NCBI GenBank assembly: GCA_963832745.1
Contig: CAWHVC010000002.1
Span: 192,001-256,000, forward strand
Source: Candidatus Bathyarchaeota archaeon
Lineage (GTDB): Archaea > Thermoproteota > Bathyarchaeia > Bathyarchaeales > Bathycorpusculaceae
Direction of reading: 5' to 3'
DNA length: 64,000 nucleotides
Of this stretch, positions 1 to 9,678 are shown in pieces; positions within the stretch are counted from its first letter, which is position 1, and each line of letters starts with the position of its first letter. The notes under the pieces were generated by a model, which ran no database searches, was not told where the DNA came from, and saw only the letters and a program-made list of their open reading frames with translations. A program made the translations under genes and the position numbers.

Positions 1-516
1 AAAGCCTGAGGATGCCGCCACGATTTTCGGTAAACGCTCGTTTGATGTTGACGGTGCTGCAAGAAATATAGTGTTTAAGCCTTTTGTGTCTGCGGTTGTT
101 TTGAAGTCGGCTGCTTCTTCAACTGGCAAGTCGGGCACGATGAAACCGTCCACTTTGTGCTCTTTAGCTGCGCCCAAGAACTTGTCAAGGCCAATACGGA
201 ACACTGGGTTGTAGTACGTCATGATGACTATTGGCACGTCATGTTCTGCTTTGATTTGTTTGGCGATTTCCAGCACTTTCATTGGTGTGGTACCGGCGTT
301 TAGTGCGCGTAGGCTTGCTGCTTGAATTGTTGGACCGTCAGCAATCGGGTCGGAGAACGGCAACCCTAACTCAAGGATATCTACGCCGCCTCTGATTAGT
401 GCCTCCGCAATCTTGGGCGTCGCGTCAGGCGTTGGGTCTCCAGCCATAATGTAGCCAATCAGGCAGCCGTACCCGTTTTTGTTATTGTTTTGAAAAACTT
501 GGTTTATGCTGTTCAT
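1..516 (-). CDS. trpA: tryptophan synthase alpha chain (3' part outside window)
   Basis: Manual translation from ATG at 516: ...IGYIMAGDP...[23 protein letters not shown]...MTYYNP...GFIVPDLP; ATGA overlap with the trpB stop. Confidence 0.95.
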   Translation of the reverse strand, partial: MNSINQVFQNNNKNGYGCLIGYIMAGDPTPDATPKIAEALIRGGVDILELGLPFSDPIADGPTIQAASLRALNAGTTPMKVLEIAKQIKAEHDVPIVIMTYYNPVFRIGLDKFLGAAKEHKVDGFIVPDLPVEEAADFKTTADTKGLNTIFLAAPSTSNERLPKIVAASSGF

Positions 517-1709
517 ATTTTCGCACCTATGTAATCAGCTATTGTTTCCACATCCTTGTCACCGCGTCCCGAGAGGGTGACAATGATGGATTGGTTTTTG
601 CTCATTTTTGGGGCAATCTTGATTGCATGCGCAAGGGCATGGGATGATTCAAGCGCGGGTAAGATGCCTTCGGTTTTGCAGAGCAACAGAAAAGCGTCTA
701 CGGCTTCTTTGTCTGTGGCTGAAGCGTATTCGGCGCGTTTCATGGTTTTTAGGAAGGAATGTTCAGGGCCAACTCCCGGGTAATCAAGGCCCGCGGAGAT
801 GCTTGTTGTGTTACGGATTTGCCCATTATCGTCCTGCAGGATGTATGTATGCATGCCATGGAAGACTCCTTCGTAGCCTGCCGCGAGAGTGGCTGCGTGT
901 TTGCCCGTTTCTACGCCTTCACCAGCTGCTTCAACCCCGACGAGTTTGACTTCTAAGTCGTCTTCAAATGGGTAGAATGTGCCCATAGCATTGCTTCCGC
1001 CGCCAACACAAGCAACCAACGCGTCTGGCAGTTTGCCCTCTTTTTCATGGAACTGCTTTTTGATTTCTTTTCCGATTACACTTTGGAAGTCCCGAACCAT
1101 CATCGGGTAAGGATGAGGACCCATAGTGGTGCCGATAAGGTAGTAGGTTGACTCCACGTTTGTTGCCCAATCACGAAAAGCCTCGTTAATTGAGTCCTTA
1201 AGCGTTTTAGAACCAGCCTCAACAGGGTGCACTTGGGCATCTAAGAGTTTCATGCGAAAAACGTTGAGTCTTTGACGTTCGCAGTCTTCTGTTCCCATGT
1301 AGATTTCAGCTTTCAAACCCAAAGCGGCACATGCGATGGCGGTGGCTACTCCGTGTTGACCTGCTCCAGTTTCAGCGATAACGCGGGTTTTACCCATGCG
1401 TTTAGCAAGCAGTGCCTGTCCAAGGGTGTTGTTGATTTTGTGTGCTCCGCCGTGTGCGAGGTCTTCTCGTTTTAGGTAAATTTTTGCTCCGCTCAGTTTG
1501 CGTGTTAAGTTTTCCGCGAGGTAGAGCGGTGTTGGTCTGCCCACGAAGTCGGCGAGGTAATAGTCGAGTTGTTTTTGGAATTCTGGATCCTTTTTAGCTT
1601 GGTCATAGGCGGCTTCCAGTTCGTTAACTGCTTCCATCAAAATTTCTGGAACGTATCTGCCGCCGAATTTTCCAAACTTCCCATCTACTGGGTAATTGCT
1701 TATTTTCAT
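513..1709 (-). CDS. trpB: tryptophan synthase beta chain
   Basis: [18 protein letters not shown]-lysine motif, [27 protein letters not shown]. Confidence 0.98.
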   Translation of the reverse strand: MKISNYPVDGKFGKFGGRYVPEILMEAVNELEAAYDQAKKDPEFQKQLDYYLADFVGRPTPLYLAENLTRKLSGAKIYLKREDLAHGGAHKINNTLGQALLAKRMGKTRVIAETGAGQHGVATAIACAALGLKAEIYMGTEDCERQRLNVFRMKLLDAQVHPVEAGSKTLKDSINEAFRDWATNVESTYYLIGTTMGPHPYPMMVRDFQSVIGKEIKKQFHEKEGKLPDALVACVGGGSNAMGTFYPFEDDLEVKLVGVEAAGEGVETGKHAATLAAGYEGVFHGMHTYILQDDNGQIRNTTSISAGLDYPGVGPEHSFLKTMKRAEYASATDKEAVDAFLLLCKTEGILPALESSHALAHAIKIAPKMSKNQSIIVTLSGRGDKDVETIADYIGAKI

Positions 1710-2482
1710 GCGTTTACAAACTCCCTAACTTTTTCTTCCACATTTTCTGTTAACATTATACTTGAGCCGATAAGAAACGCGGAAGCGCCTGCCTCACTAA
1801 GAAACCGTAGGTCTTCTGGCGTGCTGATTCCGCTTTCACTTACGACAACTAAATCTTCAAAACTGTTATTTTTGAGAATTTTTTTCGTTGTGTTTAAGTC
1901 TATTTTTAGGTCTGCGAGGTTTCGGTTGTTTATGCCAATTATGTCAGCGTTGGTTTTTTTGGCTGCTCGGAATTCTTCTTCTGTGTGCACTTCAAGCAGA
2001 ACCTCCAAACCTTTAGTGTGCACAAGTGTTATCATGTTATCAAGGTCTAATTGGGCGTAGCCGCGGTCGTAAAGTGCTTTAATCAGCAGTACTGCGTCTG
2101 CTCCAATGTAGTTTGCAGCATTGATTTGCACATGACTTAAGATTATGTCTTTCATTAAAATTGGAAGCTTTACTGCCCTACGAACATCTGCAAGTGTGTC
2201 TGTTGAACCTTTGAAGTGTTTTGGTTCTGTTAAGACTGATATTGCTGTTGCTCCACCTTTCTCCATGGATTTAGCGATTTCTGTTGGGTCCATGTTTTCT
2301 CGTATAACTCCAAGGGTTGGTGAAGCTGGCTTAATTTCGGTTATTATTGGGTTTCTGTTGCATTCAAGGATTGCTTTTTTGAGGCTTAAGTGCTGGCTTG
2401 GTGTAGGCTTAAACAGGTCATAATATCCACTGTCAATGGTTACTTGCGCGTCAAAGCCTAAAGTATCAAAGAAGTCACTCAC
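1706..2482 (-). CDS. trpC: indole-3-glycerol phosphate synthase
   Basis: [30 protein letters not shown] motifs. Confidence 0.96.
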   Translation of the reverse strand: MSDFFDTLGFDAQVTIDSGYYDLFKPTPSQHLSLKKAILECNRNPIITEIKPASPTLGVIRENMDPTEIAKSMEKGGATAISVLTEPKHFKGSTDTLADVRRAVKLPILMKDIILSHVQINAANYIGADAVLLIKALYDRGYAQLDLDNMITLVHTKGLEVLLEVHTEEEFRAAKKTNADIIGINNRNLADLKIDLNTTKKILKNNSFEDLVVVSESGISTPEDLRFLSEAGASAFLIGSSIMLTENVEEKVREFVNA

Positions 2483-3530
2483 TTTTTTCTATCTCCTCAA
2501 GAGTCTGTAAGCTACCACCAGAAACGCTGATTAACTCTTTTAGTTTACCGTAAGCTGCACCGGTTACGATGGATTTTTTGGCGATTTTCATAGCCTCTTT
2601 GAAATCGTCTGCTTTGCCACCCACAATAATCCCCGCTGCACTATTCACTAAAACCATCTCTGCTTTGGGGTCACTTAGGTTTTTGCCTGAAAGTATACTG
2701 TAAATGGTTCGGGCGCTCTCTTCAGAACTGGAAACTTTTAAGTCGGCAGCTTCTGCTTGCCTTACCCCAAAAAACTCTGGACCAACCTCAAGTTCGTGAA
2801 CTATGCCCTGTTTTAAATGTGCAATCTTTGTTTTGCCCAACGTTGAGATTTCATCTAACCCATCTAAGCCATGAACCACCATTGCTTCTTCACAGCCCAA
2901 CTTGTTTAGCGTGTTAGCTAAGGGTACCGTAAGTTTGGGGTCATAAACTCCAAGCAGCTGTCCTTTGGCGCTTGCCGGGTTCGTTAATGGTCCCAGAATG
3001 TTGAAGACGGTGCGTATGCCAATTTCTTTGCGTGGCTGGGCTGCAAACTTCATGGCTGGATGAAACGCCTGCGCAAACATGAAGCCGACCCCTATTTTTT
3101 CAATTGCCATTTGGACTGCTTCGGGTGTCATGGTAAGGTTTAGTCCCAGCTTTTCCAGCACGTCAGCGCTGCCACTTTTGCTGGTAACTGCACGATTTCC
3201 ATGCTTGGCAACTGGAATTCCTGCACCTGCAATAACAAATGCTGCTGCAGTGCTTACGTTAAATGTTTTGATTTTATCTCCACCTGTCCCGCAAGTGTCA
3301 ACAAGCCTGCTTCTCACGTTGGGTTTGATTTGTCTGCATTGGCTCCTCATTACGCTGGCAAAAGCGATGAGTTCTTCCACTGATTCGCCTTTGATTCGTA
3401 ATGCCGTTAAGAAAGCACCTGTTTGGGCACTCGTGGCTTGTCCCGTCATGACTTCTTGCATGACTTGTGATGCTTCTTCAAGAGAGAGGTCTTTGCCCTC
3501 GATTAGTTTTTGAATGAACTCGCGTATCAT
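2475..3530 (-). CDS. trpD: anthranilate phosphoribosyltransferase
   Basis: DTCGTGGD, FNVST, KHGNRAVTSKSGSADVLE, GLDEIS. Confidence 0.97.
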   Translation of the reverse strand: MIREFIQKLIEGKDLSLEEASQVMQEVMTGQATSAQTGAFLTALRIKGESVEELIAFASVMRSQCRQIKPNVRSRLVDTCGTGGDKIKTFNVSTAAAFVIAGAGIPVAKHGNRAVTSKSGSADVLEKLGLNLTMTPEAVQMAIEKIGVGFMFAQAFHPAMKFAAQPRKEIGIRTVFNILGPLTNPASAKGQLLGVYDPKLTVPLANTLNKLGCEEAMVVHGLDGLDEISTLGKTKIAHLKQGIVHELEVGPEFFGVRQAEAADLKVSSSEESARTIYSILSGKNLSDPKAEMVLVNSAAGIIVGGKADDFKEAMKIAKKSIVTGAAYGKLKELISVSGGSLQTLEEIEKSE

Positions 3531-4114
3531 AGGTTTTTGCCTTCAATGAAGTTGCGTATGATTGTTTTGCCGTCTTGGCATAGAATTGATTCTGGGTGGA
3601 ATTGGACGCCGTAAATGGGGTATTTGACGTGGCGTATGCCCATGATTTCGCCGTCATCGGCTGCTTCAGCTGTGATTTTGAGGCAATCTGGGATTGAATC
3701 GCGTTCACCTGCAAGGGAATGGTAGCGTGTGGCTGAGAAGGGGTTGCGTACGCCTGTGAAGAGTGCTTTGCCGTCGTGGTTGATTATGCAGGTTTTGCCA
3801 TGCATGAGCTTTTTGGCGTGAACCACTTTTCCTCCATAGGTGTGAATTATTCCCTGATGCCCAAGGCAAACGCCGAGCGTGGGGATGTTGTGGCTCATGG
3901 TTTGCAAGATGGCTTTACAGACGCCAAAGAATTTTTCGTCTTCAGGATTGCCTGGTCCTGGTGAGATTACGATGCGGTCAGGCTTCAGTTTGGTGAGTTC
4001 TTGTAGGTTGGTTTGGTCATTACGGAAAACCACTGTTTCCGCTCCAAGTTCGCCAATGTATTGTACGAGGTTGTAGACGAATGAATCGTAATTATCAATA
4101 ACAAGAACCTTCAC
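3527..4114 (-). CDS. trpG: anthranilate synthase component II
   Basis: IDNYDSF, SPGPG, GVCLGHQ, QFHPES; GTG start. Confidence 0.96.
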   Translation of the reverse strand: MKVLVIDNYDSFVYNLVQYIGELGAETVVFRNDQTNLQELTKLKPDRIVISPGPGNPEDEKFFGVCKAILQTMSHNIPTLGVCLGHQGIIHTYGGKVVHAKKLMHGKTCIINHDGKALFTGVRNPFSATRYHSLAGERDSIPDCLKITAEAADDGEIMGIRHVKYPIYGVQFHPESILCQDGKTIIRNFIEGKNL

Positions 4115-4115
4115 G

Positions 4116-5533
4116 TTAGGTGCCTCCTACGTTTTCGAGCGCTTTCATTAGGGCTTTGGCTTTGTTTTCAGTTTCAAACCACTCGCGTTCAGGAACAGAA
4201 TCCGCAACAATTCCTGCCCCTGCTTGAATGTAGGCTTGTTTCCTTGTCAGCGAACAGTGTACGGATTGTTATGGCGAAGTCTGCATTGCCATTGTACGAG
4301 AAGTAGCCTACTGCGCCAGCATAAGGTCCGCGTTGTGAAGGTTCTAACTCGTCAATGATTTCCATTGCGCGAACCTTTGGTGCTCCCGAAACTGTGCCTG
4401 CTGGGAAGACCGAGCGTAAAGCGTCAAAACTTTCAAGTTCATCCCGAAGTTCGCCGACTACTTGGGAAACAATATGCTGTACGTGACTGTACTGGTGAAC
4501 TTTCATGAATTCGGGTACACGTACGCTTCCGTACTTGGAGATTCTTCCAACGTCGTTGCGTGCAAGGTCAACAAGCATGACGTGTTCGGCACGTTCTTTG
4601 GGGTCAGAGAGTAGTTCGTGAGCTAAGCGGCTGTTTTCTGTTTCATCTGTCGCAATTTGGGTGGTTCCCGCAATAGGAAAGGTTTCTACCATGCGGTTGT
4701 CAACGCGAACAAGCATTTCGGGGCTTGAGCCAACAATTTGCCGTTCGCCAGCCTTGTAGTAGTACATGTAAGGGGACGGGTTAATGCGCCTTAGAGCCTG
4801 ATAGAACGGAATCAGGTTACCTTCGGTTTGGAACTGATAACGTTTAGAGAGGACAACTTGGAAAATGTCGCCTGCCGTTACATAGTCTTTGGCTTTCTCC
4901 ACCGCTTTCTCGAAATGGTCTTTTGAAAAGTTTACCTGCGGCTCAGAAACCGTTAACTCGCTATTGTCGGCGGGTTTTTGGAGTAGCTTCTCAACTTCCG
5001 CCTGCCGGTTCTCTTCTTGATAATAGTAAAGCGCCAACTGTTGGGTGTGGTCGAAGATGAAGCCGTCATCGTAAATGCCCATTTCAACCTCTGGAAATTC
5101 CAAGTCACCCTTTGGTTGGGGCAGTTTTTCCCAGTACCTCACAGCATCGTATGAAATGTAGCCTACTGCTCCCCCAACAAGCCGGAACTCGCGGTTGTGG
5201 ACTGCTTTGGGTTTTAGGATTTCTTGGATCAGGTTTAGCGGGTCGTTGGTTTTTTCTGTGGTTTTTTCGCCTGTTTGTTCGTTGCTGATTGTGGTTTGAC
5301 CATTTTTGGCTTGAAATGTCATTGTTGGCTCAAAGCCGATGAATGAGTATTGGGCTAGCTTTTTTGGTCCTTCGATGGATTCTAGGAAGTATGCGTTTTT
5401 GTAGTGGCTTTGGAGTTTTGAAAAGATTTCGAAGGGTTGTTGGGTGTAGGAGGCTTTCTTGTAAGTTATTGGGTGTGCTTGTTTAGTTGTTTGTGTTGTT
5501 TTGGGCGTTTGTGCGCCAAAGGCAATTCCTCAT
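4116..5533 (-). CDS. trpE: anthranilate synthase component I; full length needs two frame changes (about 5520 and about 4240)
   Basis: Main frame is open from 5529 ([19 protein letters not shown] upstream of the called ATG at 5322), with [31 protein letters not shown]. The C-terminal [13 protein letters not shown]...KAKAL is in another frame ending at TAA 4116. The SD-backed ATG at 5533 is out of frame. Confidence 0.9.
5483..5533 (-). CDS. 16-codon trp leader [19 protein letters not shown] (one Trp codon)
   Basis: AGGAG SD 9 nt upstream of ATG 5533; ATG AGG AAT TGC CTT TGG CGC ... TAA 5483. Confidence 0.6.
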   Translation of the reverse strand: MRNCLWRTNAQNNTNN

Positions 5534-5574
5534 TTTGTAGTGCTCCTATCAGTTCAGAAGCATACAGCAATGTT

Positions 5575-5606
5575 TTATTTAAGGCTTGTTTGTACATTAA
5601 TGTACG
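5575..5606 (-). promoter_or_regulatory. trp operon promoter (TTAAATAA) with adjacent tandem TRP-box operator TGTACA-N4-TGTACG
   Basis: Palindrome GTACATTAATGTAC 5592-5605; resembles the TGTACA TRP boxes bound by archaeal TrpY. Confidence 0.6.
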
Positions 5607-5613
5607 TTTGCAG

Positions 5614-5937
5614 TTAATAGCGATTTAACATGCTGTTCATCCAATCAAAATACTCCTTAGAACTATCAACAATAGGAACAGCAACCACTTCAGGCACCTC
5701 ATAACTATGCAAAGCTCTAACACGCTCCTCCAAATCCCTAAACAAGTCAGCCCGGGACTTCATAATCATCACATACTCTTCCTGGTAATCGATTTTTCCA
5801 TTCCAATGGAAATGCGAAGCCACGGGGCCAATAATGTTAGCGCAAGCAATCAAACGTTCATTTAATAGGGTTTTAGCGATTTTCTCTGCTTCCATCTTGT
5901 TTGATGTTGTAACGTAAACCATGACAAAGCCGTTCAT
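5614..5937 (-). CDS. cutA: divalent-cation tolerance protein CutA
   Basis: RLIACANI, HSYEVPEVVAVP motifs; 107 aa. Confidence 0.93.
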   Translation of the reverse strand: MNGFVMVYVTTSNKMEAEKIAKTLLNERLIACANIIGPVASHFHWNGKIDYQEEYVMIMKSRADLFRDLEERVRALHSYEVPEVVAVPIVDSSKEYFDWMNSMLNRY

Positions 5938-6055
5938 GTCTTGAAAACCTCACGTTATCCATATTTTTGTTTTCGGGGCATTAAACTGTTTTGTTTCTGT
6001 GTAAAACAGATTTAAGCTTCCCTGAATACATAGTTAGCATAGAAGGGATTTTGTC

Positions 6056-6556
6056 GTGAAAGAGGAACAGTTAAACATTTTAAAATTAATGAGCCAAGTC
6101 ACAAACCGCATGGACTTAACCATGTTTGCCCAAAAAGTCAACCTTGACCCTCAAGAAGCCATGGCAAATGTGCAAGAACTTGCGCATAAAGGTTTAGTGC
6201 GCAAAACTGGCAGCGGTTACGGCGTAACTGAGAAAGGCAAAGCGGCAATCAAAGCCTTCACGCCAGTGCCAGAAGACAAAAGTTTCCACTTCTATACCGG
6301 AATCGGTTATCCAACAGTTTACATTGCACAAAGCCTCTCCGACTTTTATGGTATTGCACGGCAAATTGGCGAAGACAGCCTTGAATTTCATTTATCACGT
6401 GGCGACTTTTCTAAATGGGTGGATGATGTTCTTGTTGACTGTGAATTGGCTGAAAAAATCGAAGACATAAAAAAAGCTAATCCAAAATGTGATGCAATTA
6501 GGAAAGAGCTCCTAAAAGCAATTGACCAAAAATATAGCCTCAAAGACTTACTTTAA
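6056..6556 (+). CDS. wHTH + DUF5752-like domain protein
   Basis: N-terminal winged helix (LAHKGLVRK..YGVTEKG); C-terminal FHFYTG..SLEFHL.RGDFSKWV. Confidence 0.65.
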   Translation: MKEEQLNILKLMSQVTNRMDLTMFAQKVNLDPQEAMANVQELAHKGLVRKTGSGYGVTEKGKAAIKAFTPVPEDKSFHFYTGIGYPTVYIAQSLSDFYGIARQIGEDSLEFHLSRGDFSKWVDDVLVDCELAEKIEDIKKANPKCDAIRKELLKAIDQKYSLKDLL

Positions 6557-7024
6557 TTTGAGTTCTTCTTCCAGCTTCTTGCGCCACTCTGGGACTCGTA
6601 TCTCTGTTTTGCTGTCCCATAAATCGTAGGGTTTAATATCTAACACTGGGCTGCCATCATAAGCATCCAAACCCCGTACTGTCAGAGTGGGGCCTTCAAT
6701 TTTAAGCAACTCAACAACTGTTAAGCCAATCTGGTTTGGCCGTAGACTAGTGCGGGTTGCATATACCCCTACAAGCGGTAAATCAGACATGCCTCTTGGA
6801 TGAACCTTAAATGGCAAACTCTCTCTGTTCACTTCGTTGAGGTAAAAAAGCACCATTACATGTGAAAACTCTGCCAACCCATCCAATGCTTCTGCGAGGT
6901 TTTCTCGGAGTTCAATTGTTGAGATTGCTTTACGTTTGTGTACTTCTTCTTTTTCTGCGTTGGTTTTAACAAAACCTATTGGTTGTAATACAATTGGTTG
7001 ATTGAAATCCATAGTATTCAACAA
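6548..7024 (-). CDS. tsaA: TsaA/TrmO-like SAM-binding tRNA methyltransferase
   Basis: GVYATRTSLRPNQIGLT, GLDAYDGSPVLDIKPY. Confidence 0.88.
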   Translation of the reverse strand: MLNTMDFNQPIVLQPIGFVKTNAEKEEVHKRKAISTIELRENLAEALDGLAEFSHVMVLFYLNEVNRESLPFKVHPRGMSDLPLVGVYATRTSLRPNQIGLTVVELLKIEGPTLTVRGLDAYDGSPVLDIKPYDLWDSKTEIRVPEWRKKLEEELKLK

Positions 7025-7126
7025 CCCCTAAGTTGTGGTTAACCTATAAAGCAGTTTCCCAAAACAGCAGTTTCACCATATTTTGAGTTGATTTTCAGTC
7101 ACAAGCGTCTAACCCCTCTTGGTTTC

Positions 7127-7180
7127 TATCTACCCTCTATAGGTTTCTGCATAGAACCTCTAATAGCATCCTAATAGGCT
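7127..7180. repeat. ~55-bp dispersed element, copy 1 (copy 2 at 39301-39353)
   Basis: Identical core CTATAGGTTTCTGCATA with alignable flanks. Confidence 0.75.
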
Positions 7181-7223
7181 GATCAAGCTGGTCCTCTTTA
7201 CAAGAGTTTCGACTACAAGGGTC

Positions 7224-7350
7224 TTAATGCATGGCAACCGGTGCTTTTAGCACGTTTTCTATGTATTGTGCGTCCTCTTTGCTCCCATCATTTAGAGGTG
7301 TTAATGTTATTTCTTCTGCTGATTTAACCCCAAAACCCATGTCTAAAGCC
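7224..7350 (-). pseudogene. orphan 3' end of the DUF362 gene
   Basis: GFGVKSAEEITLTPLN...EDAQ.IENVLKAP.A.H matches the C-terminus encoded at 9679-9800. Confidence 0.85.
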
Positions 7351-7501
7351 GATTTCAGCTGATCCCAGCAAAAACACCGCATCCTTTCCGAATTTGCCCT
7401 GAGCCCCGTATTTGACTTGCGCAATGGGTTTCTGTGTCTTTTAAAATGTAATTGACTCTTAAAGAAGCTTTTTTGACTATTTCGGCAACATATCAGTTGT
7501 C

Positions 7502-7533
7502 CTATAATTTAGTACATGCGTACTAAACTATAG
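7502..7533. promoter_or_regulatory. inverted repeat upstream of PadR-like gene
   Basis: CTATA-a-TTTAGTAC-atgc-GTACTAAA-c-TATAG. Confidence 0.45.
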
Positions 7534-7591
7534 AGTTAAGTAAAATTTTTGAACATATTTTTTCAGGGTGAGAGAGTTTATCGCATCAAAA

Positions 7592-7940
7592 ATGTCGGGG
7601 GATATTTGTCAAGGGCTGGGAACGCAAACAATTTGAGGAGAGTATTGTAAAAAAATATTTAGATATAATCGTTCTCAAAGCGTTAATTAAAGAGCCACTA
7701 AGTGGTTATGCGATTATTTTGAGAATTCGCAAGGATTTCGGCGTTAAATTAAGCGCTGGAACGGTTTATTCACTTTTATGTTCTTTAAAGAGAAAAGGTC
7801 TCATAGAAGCAATTGAAGGCAAAATAACCTGTTATGAACTAACTGTTAAGGGTGTGCGAAAACTGGAGATATTGAGTTAGATGAGGGGTAATTTTATTGC
7901 TTTTAATAATTCAATTTTGAAAATAAGGCTAAATGCATGA
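7592..7940 (+). pseudogene. PadR-family regulator with an early frameshift and an internal TAG at 7878
   Basis: Manual translation: YLDIIVLKALIKEPLSGYAIILRIRKDFGVKLSAGTVYSLLCSLKRKGLI...CYELTVKG. Confidence 0.75.
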
Positions 7941-7951
7941 ATATGATGTGA

Positions 7952-8218
7952 GTGCGATTGGATATGAAAAAAATGAATTTAAACGGAAATAGTGCGATAA
8001 AACATAGTTTTTCTCAAAGAACTAAAATGAATCCTCTTAAAGTAGTGCTAATTTTTGCTTTTGTATATGGGATTGGTTTCGTGTTTATTTTTTTACTTTA
8101 CTTTTTATCGCAGAATAATACAGTTCCATATAATTACTTTACATATCTTTCTTATATTATAATCTTAATCTCAGCCATCATATCTGTTGTTTGGGCTCAG
8201 AAATCAGCTAAAAAATAA
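7952..8218 (+). CDS. small two-TM membrane protein
   Basis: Two hydrophobic stretches and basic ends; AT-rich. Confidence 0.55.
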   Translation: MRLDMKKMNLNGNSAIKHSFSQRTKMNPLKVVLIFAFVYGIGFVFIFLLYFLSQNNTVPYNYFTYLSYIIILISAIISVVWAQKSAKK

Positions 8219-8518
8219 AGTTGTATATTTGATTTTTCTTTTTATTTCTACGCACTACCTTCTATCTCACATGATTAAGTCAAGATAGCAGTTTTTTCAA
8301 AGATAATTTAACAATACCCCAAAATCTGTAATGCGCAATTATGGTTCTAAATTTTTTGATTCAAACAATGTTTCAGTACTCGGAATTCGAACACTCCTTT
8401 AAAAAAGAAATTACATCGTTTTTTAGAATAAGCCAAGCTTGAATAGTTTGGATGCGTTTCACCGCCTAGCCTTAATTGAAGGGCCGAAAAGAGCATCTAA
8501 AAAAGGAGGATAAAAAAA

Positions 8519-9555
8519 TTGAATAATATAAGAAAAATTGTTATAATAGCACTCTCAGTGTTGCTAGTAACTTCATTTGTTCAAGTACCACTTGCGTTTG
8601 CACAGCTTAACAGTCGTCCAGAAGCTGTCATTCTCAGTCTAAGTGATGATGCCGCTACCGACTATACAATTGAAAAAATTAAATAGTTCATCCCTTCACC
8701 TAACGAGATTTCTAAATGGAAATAAGAGGTCCTTAAAAATTGCCGATTCATCAATTTCTTGGGCAGACCTTGAGGTAATGATTAACGATTCACCAAGTCA
8801 AGTACATCTTATTGCCACATGTTATTCCGGTGTGGTTAAAGTTGAGGGCAAATTCGTATTTGGCTTTGAACGACAAGTAGATGTAGATGAAGCCGCAATG
8901 TGGGTCACTGGTCATTATTACGGGCTAACTAATCAGTACGATAAGATTCTTGAAGATGTTGCAATATTTTACAACCGTACTTAATGAAAAAGCCATTAAT
9001 CCAGAAAGTCATATGAGAGCAGTTTTAGATTATCAAACGCAGTACACACTTGGCTGGTGGTGGGGTGTATGTCCCGGCACTTATCAGTACCCAATACGGT
9101 ATACTCAACCGGACGTATATATCCGCTATCCTTGGGTCACTCCAGAGGGGACCGCAGGTGCATTCTCCGAAGATGGCTTTGGCGTTTTTCACATTAGCAA
9201 ATCAACTGTCGATCAAGGCAATCTGGGCTTAATAATTTCTACTGGCGCTGGGTCAGCTGGCGGCGGAATTGCGGTGCTTCTTGCAGGAGCAGGCGGAATT
9301 TTATCTCTTGCAGTTGCAGGAATCGTTGCAGTTACTGGTGGAATTGAGAGTTGGATAGTCACAACATACGTAGCGGATTCAGCAGGTGCCGCATGGAAGT
9401 ACTTCAATAACTTAGGTGGGTCTGATAACTTCAATATTTGGGTAGATTGGAAACTCGGAGCGTTACCTTGGATGAACGGCGGATTCTTCTATGGTATTCC
9501 ATATTGCTACTGTTTATGGTACGGTGACAATTACTTAGGTATTGACGGAATATAA
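8519..9555 (+). pseudogene. fragmented secreted protein with Gly/Ala-rich hydrophobic C-terminal region
   Basis: AGGAGG SD, TTG 8519, signal peptide MNNIRKIVIIALSVLLVTSFVQVPLAFA; TAG at 8684; continues in ORFs 8643-8984 and 8950-9555. Confidence 0.6.
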
Positions 9556-9678
9556 TTCAATCAACAAAAATCTATTTTTTTGCATTTTTGTTGCTGCATT
9601 TTATGTTAACAATTTTTCTTACATTCAAATATTTTATGGGCACGCCTTTATCTTTTCTATACAGAGTAAAGCCAGTTA

